Positions 1-12,243 of a stretch of 64,000 nt of DNA are shown here, in pieces. The translations under genes and the position numbers were made by a program. The stretch's first letter is position 1, and the number at the start of each line of letters is the position of its first letter. Source of the stretch: Eledone cirrhosa. Its lineage: Eukaryota. The notes under the pieces were generated by a model. It was not told the origin of the DNA. It searched no databases and saw only the letters and a list, made by a program, of their open reading frames with translations. Where the stretch lies: positions 428,482,001 through 428,546,000 of the forward strand of contig OZ024740.1 of assembly GCA_964016885.1 (NCBI GenBank), read 5' to 3'.

Positions 1-769
1 ATTTCCATTTACAAAATTCAGCTTAAAACGCATTGATTCAATCAAGTGGTAAGAAATTGGATAGTAGAAGGGTTTCAAAGAAGAAACCCGACCTCAAGTG
101 AGAGTTTCAGCCCTTAACTTCTTACACCCTAGGGGGACCAAGCAGCATCCAGGTCATGACTCCTGGGTGCCCTTCTGCTGACATTTAGCCATTTGAATAT
201 CGGAGACTTATTGTGTATTTACACCGTATTGAGATTTTGTTGACCAGGTCTAGCTGGAACTCGTCTCCGTTGCCTTTAGTTTCAAACTTATATTTAGTAA
301 CTTTCTTGAGTCTGTCTAAATAACGTCGGTAGTCAAGACTACAGTAAAGTTTGGAGTAGTAAATTAAGTTTGTTAATGTAATTGAATTTAATTAAAAATT
401 GAATCCAGTGATCGGGCAGTTCACTGTTCGATAGTTGGAATATGTAAGTTTATTGTAAATGTAAGGAAAGGCCGGGATCATGCCATGGGATCGAACCTGT
501 GTTTCCGATGCTACCATCTTTACCACAGGATATACATACATCCTCTCTTGTTTAAACTTGTTTTAACTCTAAGGTTTTCTAATTTAGGTACAAGGTCAGT
601 AATATATTTCGATCCTCAGTATGTTACTGGTATTTATTTCATTGTGTTAACTTCAAAAATGATTTCTGAATTAGGTCAAGACCAGCAATTTGAGGCGAGG
701 GGGGAGTCAATTATATCGCCCCAGTACATGACTGATACTTCATTTTATTGTGTCAACTCTAATATATAT

Positions 770-1120
770 ATATGTGTGTGGGTGTTGGTGTGCTTGTTTG
801 TGTGTGTGGGTGTGTATGTGTGTATCTGTGTGTGTATGTGTGTGTATGTGTGTATGTATGTGTGTGTGTGTTTGTGTGTGTGTGCGCGTGTGTGTGTGTG
901 TGTGTGCGTGTCTGTGTGTGCGTGCGTGTGTGCGTATGGGTGTATGTGTGTGTATGCGTGTGTATATGTGTGTGTATGTGCGTGTATGTGTGTGTGTGTG
1001 TGTGCGTGTGTATGTGTGTGTGTGTGTGTGCGCGTGCGTGTGTGTGTATGTCTGTGTATGTGTGTATGTTTGTGTGTGTGCGTCTTTGTGTGTGCGTGTG
1101 TGTGTTATATGTATGTGTAA
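770..1120. repeat. degenerate (TG)n microsatellite; representative of dozens of (TG)n/(TA)n tracts in the window
   Basis: Directly visible; explains the VC/HT/IY-repeat ORFs. Confidence 0.97.
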
Positions 1121-1480
1121 ATTCATGTACATATATGTCAGATAGATGTTTGTTATTGTCCATAGTTTAAGACCTACAAATAGAAGGAAAGACGAGGTTT
1201 ACCTGCTAGATGATGTTCCAGAGAACCCTAACGGCCCCTACAGTCATATATGCCATCAACTGGATAGTCAGAAACAAAAGAAATCATTTAAATATGAATA
1301 AATTTACATACCAATAACATGTAAATAAACATGAACACATACAAATATAGGCGTGTATGTATGAACACAAACGCACACACTCTCACACCCATACATATAT
1401 ATTTGAATATGTATATATACATATATACATACATGCATATATAAAGCATATATGTAAATGTAAGTGTGCGTTTATATGCA

Positions 1481-1622
<142 letters not shown>

Positions 1623-1704
1623 AATAGCCTAGCATTTGCATATGTATATGTGTATGTATATATATATATATATATAATATATATATGTATATATATATAT
1701 ATGT

Positions 1705-1769
<65 letters not shown>

Positions 1770-1924
1770 CATCAATATATTTATAAATAGCTTTGTCTAT
1801 GCATATGTATATGTGTATGTATATATATATGTATATATAGGAACATATTACCCACTCTACTACCCTAAGTATTGAGTACTTTGGTGCGTTATGGTCCACC
1901 TGGTTCCTTACCACATTTCCTTCG

Positions 1925-1975
<51 letters not shown>

Positions 1976-2014
1976 ATATATAAGAACAAAAGATGGTTAA
2001 AAGAGTTCCAGGTA

Positions 2015-2081
2015 TTTTATTATGCGCATTTCAAAAACAAATATCATCATTTAATAATATTTGTGTTTTCATCAGATAAAA
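2015..2081 (-). ncRNA. type I hammerhead ribozyme, family A, left arm
   Basis: Mirror image of 2204-2270. Confidence 0.85.
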
Positions 2082-2203
2082 CAGGAAGACATGATATGAA
2101 GGTTAAAAAACACTTGTGGATAGTGCAGTTTTAAATCAACATATGTTGATTTAAAACTGCACAATCCACAAGTGTTTTTTAACCTTCATATCATGTCTTC
2201 CTG

Positions 2204-2270
2204 TTTTATCTGATGAAAACACAAATATTATTAAATGATGATATTTGTTTTTGAAATGCGCATAATAAAA
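2204..2270 (+). ncRNA. type I hammerhead ribozyme, family A, right arm
   Basis: ttttat-CTGATGA-long hairpin (aaacacaaatatt...gatatttgttttt)-GAAA-TGCGCA-TA-ataaaa. Stem I is 6 bp, stem III is the palindrome ATGCGCAT, cleavage triplet AUA. Confidence 0.85.
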
Positions 2271-2442
2271 TACCTGGAACTCTTTTAACCATCTTTTGTT
2301 CTTATATATTATGTATACTCCAGTCCTACAAACTGTAGAGTGCTTCTTATCCGATATCTGCATTGCTTTATTGTACTACAATAAAACTCACCTCCTACAT
2401 ATATATATATGTAAGTGTATATATATATATATATATATGTAA

Positions 2443-2481
<39 letters not shown>

Positions 2482-2713
2482 TATATATATATATGAAGAA
2501 CATATATACAATCTTGCATGTGTAAAATGGTGATAATAAAAAGTGGTGAATGAAAAAATATATATGGCAGAAACATAACTGGAAATCATTTCTTATTGGA
2601 GAAAACTTAAAACGGAATAAAATTTATTTTTCGTTGACATGTTTATCACGTGGAGCTGCATTTCATTTGCTATAAACATTGTATAGAGATGTGTATATGT
2701 TTGTGTAGGTACT

Positions 2714-2758
<45 letters not shown>

Positions 2759-3037
2759 GTGGGTGTGTGTGTGTGTGTGTGTGTGTATCTGTGTATGTGT
2801 GTGTATGTCTGTGTTTCGCTGTGTGTGTGTGTGTCTGTGAGTGTGTGTCTGTGTGTGTGTGTTTGTGCGTGTCTGAGTGTGTGTGTGTGTCTATGTGTGT
2901 GTGTGTTTGTGCGTGTGTGTGTGTGTGTCTATGTGTCTGTGTGTGTGCTTGCCTGTGTATGTATGTGAGTATCTGTGTATCTGTCTATTTGTTTGTGTGT
3001 GTATGTATGTGTGTATCTGTCTGTGTGTGTGTATATG

Positions 3038-3073
<36 letters not shown>

Positions 3074-3714
3074 TGTGTGTGTCTGTGTGTGTGTCTGTGT
3101 ATGTGTCTGTCAGTCTGTGCCTGTGTGTGTGTGTGTGTCTGTGTGTGTGAGTATGTGTGTATCTGTGTGAGTGTGTGTGTGTGTGTATCTGTATGTCTGT
3201 GTGTGTATATATGTGTGTGTGTGTAGGTGTGTGTGTGTGTGTGTGTCTGTGTGTGTACGTGTGTGTGTGTGCATGTGAGTGTATGTGTATGTATGTGTAT
3301 GTATGTGTCTGTCAGTCTGTGCCTGTGTGTGTGTGTATGCATGTGTATGTGTGTGTGTAAACACTGATCCGCTAAACATTTAGAAAACGCCTTTTAAATA
3401 CTTTAAGTGTTCATGTATACTAATTGCATATATATATATTTGACGCACACATATACATACACACATATACATACACACACACACATATACATACACACAC
3501 ACACACACATATATATATATATGTAAATATGTAAATATATACACACATAATACATATATATATATATATATACATACATACTACATTACGTATATACCCT
3601 CTAATGTCTATACAATTCTACTTGTATTAATATTCGTATATATTTACGTGACTGTGTGAATACGCGTATCTCTTCATTCTATCTATCACTGTATCACTGT
3701 ATATATATATATGC

Positions 3715-3796
<82 letters not shown>

Positions 3797-3799
<3 letters not shown>

Positions 3800-3880
3800 G
3801 TGAAAAATGGAACAGGAACAAAATAGAGAGGCAGTACGAACAAAGGTTTCTTAGTTTCACGCTCTTGAGAGTGGCGGGCT

Positions 3881-3961
<81 letters not shown>

Positions 3962-3995
3962 TAATTTCAACAATGTCAGTATTCCGTGTGTCATA
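3797..3995 (-). mobile_element. terminal fragment of the Penelope-like family at 30210-32062
   Basis: Reverse complement of 31915-32062, including the internal (TA)n. Confidence 0.65.
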
Positions 3996-4582
3996 ATTCT
4001 CGATTATCATTGGTCCATAGGTTTCAAACGACTTCACCCCACCTCAACTACGCAAAACTTAAATTAATATGCATAATGCCAATGAGACATGTCTGATGTG
4101 TGTAGAAATAAGAGGGGCAGGAAAGCAATAACTATTAACATGTGTGCGTGTGTATGTACGTGCGCGTATGTTTATGTGTGTGCGTGCGTATAGCGTTCCA
4201 CAGAAAGTAAAAACTATCAACACGTGTGAGTGTGTGCGTGTGTGTAAGTGCACGGGTGCGTGTGTAAGTTTGCGTGCGTGTGCGCGTTTCCATGCGTGTA
4301 TGTGTGTGTACGCAGCGTTCCACAACCACCACACAGTTTATTTGTCTGTGTGCCGGTCTGTTAGTCTAACATACACAGAGTTGTGAATGGAGTAAATAGG
4401 GACCTTTTTTTACATTGACGGACATCTTTTATATTTATTTCTGTGTCATATAATTTGTTGTTTTATTATTATATATAAGCATGTAATCCATATCCATATT
4501 AATTTTGCATTTGTATAAACCATTTCAAGTAAATAGGGACCTTGTTTATGTTGACGGACATCTTTTATATTAATTGTCTATA

Positions 4583-4923
4583 TCTATATCTATATCTACA
4601 TATGATATAAAAGATTGGAACTTCCATCATCCTTTTGAGAAACATGGAACAACCACGTCTATGCAATGATACACATTTTACAGTCAGACAGAAGATGAAC
4701 CATCTCCTAGAGGTCACTATTCTAGGTGGGAGCACCTAGAATTGTTCATATACTATGCACAAACACGGTACAACGAAGAATCTGGTTTATCTGGAAGATT
4801 CTTTTTGCTATTTTTGTATCACACAGACACCACGGACTCGCCTCATCCAATACAGTCATTTTCTCTTTTACCTGTCTTCTCTTATCATCTGTTTACCCGG
4901 GCGGAGCTGGGTACGTCAACTAG
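4583..4923 (+). mobile_element. short non-autonomous Helitron-like element
   Basis: A|TC 5' candidates at 4583-4595; 3' hairpin tacccgg-gcggag-ctgggta followed by CTAG|T at 4920-4924. Confidence 0.55.
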
Positions 4924-4974
<51 letters not shown>

Positions 4975-5117
4975 GATATATGTATATATATATGAATGTG
5001 TGTTTACATACTCACACACACATACACACACAAAGACAAACACAGACACACACACACAGAGAAACACACACTCACACACGCATATATATTTATATATATA
5101 TATTTATATATGTATGT

Positions 5118-5203
<86 letters not shown>

Positions 5204-5258
5204 TGTATGTATATATATGTATATGTATGTATATATTATATAAGTATGTGTATATATA

Positions 5259-5315
<57 letters not shown>

Positions 5316-5320
5316 GTACA

Positions 5321-5381
<61 letters not shown>

Positions 5382-5659
5382 TTTATCAATCGACTGTCTT
5401 ATATTTTTATATTACTTGAAATGTTCTCTCATCGATTTTTCCGTTCTTGTTGTTTATTATTAATTTTATTTGGTGATTGCTGGCGTGGTGGGGGTGGAGT
5501 GGTGGAGTGGTGGGGTGGAGTTGTGGTGTGGTGGAGTGGTGGAGTGGTGGGGTGTAGTGGTGGAGTGTTGGCGGGGTTGTGTCGTGACTTTTATGATATT
5601 ATTTGAAGAATTACATATATATGTGTATGTGTGTATGTGTGTGTGCATATATATATAAG

Positions 5660-5812
<153 letters not shown>

Positions 5813-5859
5813 ATATATGTATTTAAATATATATATATGTGCATATATCGACAGTCGAT

Positions 5860-6062
5860 CGACTTTCGTCAAATCGGACCGAGGAAACAATGTTTCCATT
5901 GGTCTTTCTAATTGCTAATACTCTCTATCGGTCGCAACTCCAGGTAGAAGGAGCAATGTGAAATAAAGTGTCTTGCTCAAGGTCATAACACATTGCCCGG
6001 TCCGGGAATCGAACTCACAACCTCATGATTGCGAATCTAACCACTCAGCCACGCGCCTTCAC
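5860..6062 (-). mobile_element. tRNA-derived SINE
   Basis: Minus strand has A box TGGCTGAGTGG, B box GAGTTCGATTCC, then ccttgagcaagacacttt. Homologous copies near 17745-17915 and 35205-35367. Confidence 0.8.
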
Positions 6063-6120
6063 AAAATATATATATACATATATATATATATATACGCATA
6101 TATATATATATATACACACT

Positions 6121-6183
<63 letters not shown>

Positions 6184-6200
6184 ATATATATATATATATG

Positions 6201-6621
<421 letters not shown>

Positions 6622-6759
6622 GCCTGAAAAAAGACAACCTTAACGGTTGGAGTTTCCTGGATAGTCATACTGGATAGACTATCTAGAAAGCTCCAACCGT
6701 TAAGGTTGTCTTTTTTTCAGGGTATGTCAATATTTATTTATATAACTAATTCTGTATTG

Positions 6760-6825
6760 TATTTTATCTGATGAAAGCGCACCATAATTTGCCTTGGTGG
6801 CCCTTGAAATATGTATAATAAAATA
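6760..6825 (+). ncRNA. type I hammerhead ribozyme, family A
   Basis: tattttat-CTGATGA-aagcgcacca...tggtggccctt-GAAA-TATGTA-TA-ataaaata; 8-bp stem I. Confidence 0.85.
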
Positions 6826-6879
6826 AATATGGTTTTATAAATATAGTTTCCATTTGTTAATATATTGTATATATATATA

Positions 6880-8146
6880 TATAACGAAAGAAATGTGGTA
6901 AGGAACCAGGTGGACCATAACGCACCAAAGTACTCAATACTTAGGGTAGTAGAGTGGGTAATAGGAACGAGTAGGACCCCGACGGCTGAGCTCAAGCCGT
7001 TTCGACGGCTAATTCAGGACTAAGTGAAAATTTATCCTGGTATTTGAATAGCCGAACTTCTCAAGGGGTAATTCCATATATGGTCAAAGTGATTGTCACA
7101 GGGATTGGTCAAAAAGTTAGTAGTTGAGACATAATAATTCTATGATGGCCATTTGTGGGGGGAAGGGGTAGCTAAACCTGCCAGTAGGAGAAAGGGGGAG
7201 AGGGGGAGGAGGAAACCCGTTCATGCGTTGATAGTGCCGGCTACAGCTGGGCGTGAGGTCAAAGAAGAAACTACTAGGGGGGGGAGTCGAAACGGTAAGT
7301 AGGACAATGAGGGGTAAATATATATAAAAGAAACAAAAACTGAGAGTGTTAAAAAGCGATATAATGTAAAAAAGAAAATAAACGAATTCTGGTTACTACG
7401 ACCTAAGTCTTTCACTATAGCTATGCTAAAGAAATATATTAGGTGGGACGGAATTAAAAAGAGACCCTTTAAGAGGTATAAGTACATATATCAAACGGTG
7501 ACGGGTCAACAAGTGAGGGACCAAAATACTAAAGAAACTACCACGAAATAATAAAGGTTTCTACCCCAGGCACAAGGCCAGCAACCACCCAGTGCAAAAA
7601 AGTAAACTAGTAAGAAATAATAATTCAGAGTCCCGAAAAAGAATACTAATACTGTCTCTAAGGGTACCGCCACGATACAAAAGTATTAGTACAAGCTACA
7701 TAAAAGCTCGTACGAAGTAAAAGTAAAATACGGAAAATTAGCTCGAATATAGAGGAAGCGATAAAAAGATATAAAAGAAGATCTTACTTCTCCCTTAGCA
7801 ATCAGGGGTTGCCCATTACAAAATCGGCAAGTGGGGTGTTATGGCCCTAGTCTAGCCCCCCCCCCCCCGGGTCATTATGGGGTTTGAGGGCGAGGTAAGT
7901 CCTACGCAATCTGTGTTTACATGCAGTAACTAGTTCATCTTTCTTGTTTAGGAGTTGGTCCGTTGAAAACAGCATTTGTAAAGTTTCCTCCGAGCATAAA
8001 TTGCACGGGCGGCGTCCTCCCGTGTAAAAGTTGGCTCTGGACAGTAAACTCCAAGTTCGGCTATTCAAATACCAGGATAAATTTTCACTTAGTCCTGAAT
8101 TAGCCGTCGAAACGGCTTGAGCTCAGCCGTCGGGATCCTACTCGTT

Positions 8147-8150
<4 letters not shown>
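6880..8150 (-). mobile_element. 5'-truncated Penelope-like element with terminal repeat (family B) and an inverted copy of it at the 5' junction
   Basis: Endonuclease C-terminus at 7847-8054 (WSLLSRA..Y..G.RPCNLC.EE...LLNKKDELVTACKH); 6960-7058 is the reverse complement of 8054-8150. Confidence 0.75.
7847..8054 (-). pseudogene. Penelope GIY-YIG endonuclease C-terminal fragment
   Basis: CxLC..E...LNKK.E....C.H motif shared with 11109-11486 and 43467-44234. Confidence 0.75.
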
Positions 8151-8237
<87 letters not shown>

Positions 8238-8431
8238 AATTAGTATATCTACCAACATATATATACAGATGCATACCTATGCTAGCAAATATATAGGTTT
8301 TGTCTTAGTAACTTTGTGGTTCAATGCAAGGGGATGCAGAACAGTAATATGAAAGACGTAAAATAAAAAAATTATAAAAATTAACTTACTTACTAAAATT
8401 TCACTCCAACTAATTAGTTTCTGAAATGGAA

Positions 8432-8482
8432 TAAACATGGTTTCCGAAGAAATGCACGGAGAAATCCTTTCGTCATCAGGGA
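8432..8482 (-). ncRNA. degenerate hammerhead-like motif
   Basis: CTGATGA-cgaa...ttcg-GAAA-CCATGTT; stem III imperfect and stem I partner missing. Confidence 0.35.
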
Positions 8483-8718
8483 AGTCTATTCTCAGCTAAG
8501 TTACCAGGCGATGCGTGGACACAGGGAACTTATACAAAAATAATTCAGTGGATGGAAAAAAGCAAGCGTGGACTAAATTCCAAGACATTGTAAAAATCAC
8601 TGCCTACTTGGTCGGTGGCAAATTCAAAAGAATCAATCACGTGACATCGAGGTTAATCAGTGAGGAGTGGGGTGTTAAAAAGACAGTGGCCGAGCCATTA
8701 CTATGAACTATAAGTAAG

Positions 8719-8827
<109 letters not shown>

Positions 8828-8840
8828 AAAATAAAATTTA

Positions 8841-8911
<71 letters not shown>

Positions 8912-9019
8912 CTGTATTTTCTCTAATTGTTATCATTGTTATTTTGTTCTACAAATAAAAACATATTTCATATATTTACAGATTTCTCCTTTGTTTTCTG
9001 TTTGAGTTGCTTTATGTAC

Positions 9020-9305
9020 GTGTGTGTTTGTGTGTGTATTGGGCATGTGTGTATTGGTGTGTCTGTTGTTGGGTGTGTGTTGGGCATGTGTGTGTGTTTG
9101 TGTGTGTATTGGGCATGTGTGTATTGGTGTGTCTGTTGTTGGGTGTGTGTTCGGCATGTGTGTGTGTTTGTGTGTGTATTGGGCATGTGTGTATTGGTGT
9201 GTCTGTTGTTGGGTGTGTGTTGGGCATGTGTGTGTGTATTGGGCATGTGTGTATTGGTGTGTCTGTTGTTGGGTGTGTGTTGGGCATGTGTGTGTGTTTG
9301 TGTGT
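9020..9305. repeat. about 70-bp tandem repeat (about 4 units) built from TG microsatellite
   Basis: attgggcatgtgtgtattggtgtgtctgttgttggg recurs at 9038, 9108, 9178 and 9238. Confidence 0.85.
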
Positions 9306-10150
9306 GAGTATGTGTGTATGTAATAGACGCATGTGTATATAGGCATGTGTGTGTTTGTGTAAGTATGTCTGTGTGTATATGTGTTTGCGTGTATGTTTGG
9401 GTATGTATGCGAGCGTGTGTGTGTGTATGTGCGCGCATGTGTGTGTGTGTGTGTGTTGGTGTGTGTGAGAGTTTGTGTCTGTGCGTGTCTGTGCGTGTCT
9501 GTGCGTGTCTGTGTATGTATCTGTGTGTACGTTTATATTTATGTTTGTGTAAGTACATGTGTATATGTATATATATATGTGTATGTGTGTGTTATATGTG
9601 TGTGTCTATATGTGTGTATATGCATGTGTTTATGTGTGTGTGACAATCTTTTCTCGTTGTTTCTCTAGTTTTCTGCTCTGTTCGCAACAAATAAACGAGA
9701 ACTCTTACAAACACACGTTTAGCCTGATAACCGCATACACATTCATATAGTCACACACACACACACAAACACACACATTCCCGAACAGACTACACACACA
9801 CATTCCCATAGACACATACACACACATATGTATATATATCTACATGTGAATCTCTATCTCTCTCTCTCTCGTGGATTTATGGTTAAGATGTTTGACTAAA
9901 GATCGTAAGGTCATAAGATCGCTTCCCTGAGCCAAGTTGTGACCTTAAGCGAGACACTTTATCTCACCCAGTTACAGTCAACTCACCTGACAGACCTGAG
10001 TGCTACCTGTAATTTATATATCTGTGGAATGTTCTGCCACTTACACATTAATCTTCTGAGCAGACACTTCTGTCGTTCAATGAACTGGAACGTCGGCGGA
10101 AGGAGGGCCTGCACACACACATAAACACACACTCTTTCTCACACACACAC

Positions 10151-10181
<31 letters not shown>

Positions 10182-10182
10182 C

Positions 10183-10215
<33 letters not shown>

Positions 10216-10394
10216 CAGGAAAAAGTATGATATATATATACATGAAAAAGCTATTTCTGTCCAGAAATAGCCGTCAAAACGGCTTGAGCTCTGCCGTCGG
10301 GGTCATACTTTTTCCTATTTCCCACTCTACTACTCTAAGTATTGAGTACTCTGGTGCGTTATGGTCCATCTGGTTTCTTACCACATTTCCTTTG

Positions 10395-10471
<77 letters not shown>

Positions 10472-10562
10472 GGAATCGGTTCCCGACGGCTAGCTCTTGC
10501 CAATACAACAGATAGTTCCAGAATCCGAATCCATTCTGATTTATACACACACACACACACTA

Positions 10563-10597
<35 letters not shown>

Positions 10598-10716
10598 ACA
10601 AATAGTTTTATCCAAAGTGTATTCGGCATACGTGTATAGATATACATACACACACGCACAGAAAGACACACACTATATATTTACCTATATATATATATAT
10701 GTTTCGAAAATATTCT

Positions 10717-10751
<35 letters not shown>

Positions 10752-10802
10752 GCGTATATATATGTGTATATATATATGTGTATATATGTGTATATATGTG
10801 TA

Positions 10803-10854
<52 letters not shown>

Positions 10855-10857
<3 letters not shown>

Positions 10858-11530
10858 GTGGTTACACAACAGTTAGTTCACCATACCGAGAACAATTGTT
10901 TCACCTTCGCGGATCTTCAGCTCGGGATGTGTATGGTTATAGGAACAAGAAGGACAACCGTACGAACGCGCATGCGCAGAAACTCGGTCACTTCACACAG
11001 GCAATACTAGACTGCATGCGGGAGGTGAAAGGGAGATAACTGCGAAAGTCCGGAAAGTTTTTAGGTTGAAAATAAAATTTAAAAAATCAAAAATAAAATT
11101 ACGATGAATCAGTCCGGAGCCTTGTAGTTATGTAATAGATGTTTGCTGACGTGTGGAGAACGTGTGAAAAATTCACTTCTCGTGTTTAGGCAATCACTAT
11201 TGCGTAATCTCTTTAGGATATTTATTCGTTCGACAATACATAAGCCACACGTCGGATTTCCCCTTGCGTATGGCTTGGGCTTAGTGATGGTTTTCCATTG
11301 AATGGAGTAGCCTATACTTGAGTCCTTGAGGGACCATACATGGCTCGCGAGTTTCGTGGATGAACGTCTGTCCGGGTATCTGAAGGTAGACTGGTGGTTC
11401 AGGAAACGCTCCTTGAATCGGCCCTCCGCCATGCCCACATCGGATTTGACCTCCTGAGGTTTGTTTGGTCGGTTGGAAGTGACCACAGCTTCATAGATTA
11501 CAGCTGGTGTGTTGCATTGCTGTTGAAGGG
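10855..11530 (-). mobile_element. Penelope-like element 3' fragment (GIY-YIG, 3'UTR, hammerhead)
   Basis: ORF 11109-11486: VGMAEGRFKERFLNHQSTF...TKLASHVWSLK...CGLCIVE...LNTRSE; hammerhead about 185 nt downstream of the stop. Confidence 0.85.
10886..10925 (-). ncRNA. minimal type I hammerhead ribozyme
   Basis: ccgag-CTGAAGA-tccgcgaaggt-GAAA-CAATTG-TT-ctcgg; 5-bp stem I, palindromic ACAATTGT. Decayed copy at 26279-26317. Confidence 0.85.
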
Positions 11531-11580
11531 AATAGCGAGAGTCTATGGCTCCGTTAATTTATCGTGATATATACATATAT

Positions 11581-11888
11581 ATATCAACAATATTAATAAA
11601 TGGAAAATATCTTTATAAAACCATATTTATTTTATTATAAGTATTTCAAGTGTACTAATATTAAGTATGCTTTCGTCAAATAAAATACAATAATTGGTGT
11701 AAAGATAGTGACATATCTCCATGTGGACTTATAACATTAAGTCCACATGGAGAAATGTCACTATCTTTACACCAATTATTGTATTTTATTTGACGAAAGC
11801 ATACTTAATATTAGTACACTTGAAATACTTATAATAAAATAAATATGGTTTTATAAAGATATTTTCCATTTATTAATATTGTTGATAT
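11581..11888. repeat. 308-bp inverted repeat (6-nt spacer) of a family A module, with a degenerate hammerhead on each arm (11628-11687 minus, 11782-11841 plus)
   Basis: Arms are complementary about ggactta-taacat-taagtcc; motif tattttat-TTGACGA-...-GAAA-TACTTA-TA-ataaaata. Confidence 0.9.
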
Positions 11889-12243
11889 TAATGATACTCC
11901 AGATAAATGCTGTTGAGTGCTTCTAATCTGATGTAAAATTAACGTAGCTGAATAATCAACAAACTAAATAACTTATTGTTTATATATATACATATATATA
12001 GAGAGATAGATAAATTTCTATTTATTTGCCACGAGGGCACAAAAGAAGGGGACATTTACACAGTGGGGAGTTTACATAAATCGAGTAAAGAAAAAAGGAA
12101 TAACAATAATAATATAACAATAAAAAGTCCTCAAAAGGGAGGGGGCGTGTTGGGGATTGCACATACCCCCGAAAAGTGTGCAACTCTTTTCGCGGGGGAA
12201 GCCCAGAGAGGAGGCGCTCCCCCTTTCCTCTTCACTTCTTCAC

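Larger units (their letters stand above)
1968..2317. repeat. 350-bp spacerless palindrome
   Basis: Arms are reverse complements about centre CAT|ATG at 2142/2143; one mismatch seen. Confidence 0.95.

Noticed and set aside
5855-5900. Permuted hammerhead in the SINE tail (GAAACATTGTT...TTGACGA, also at about 17755-17790)
   Set aside because: Stems I and II cannot be formed convincingly in either copy.
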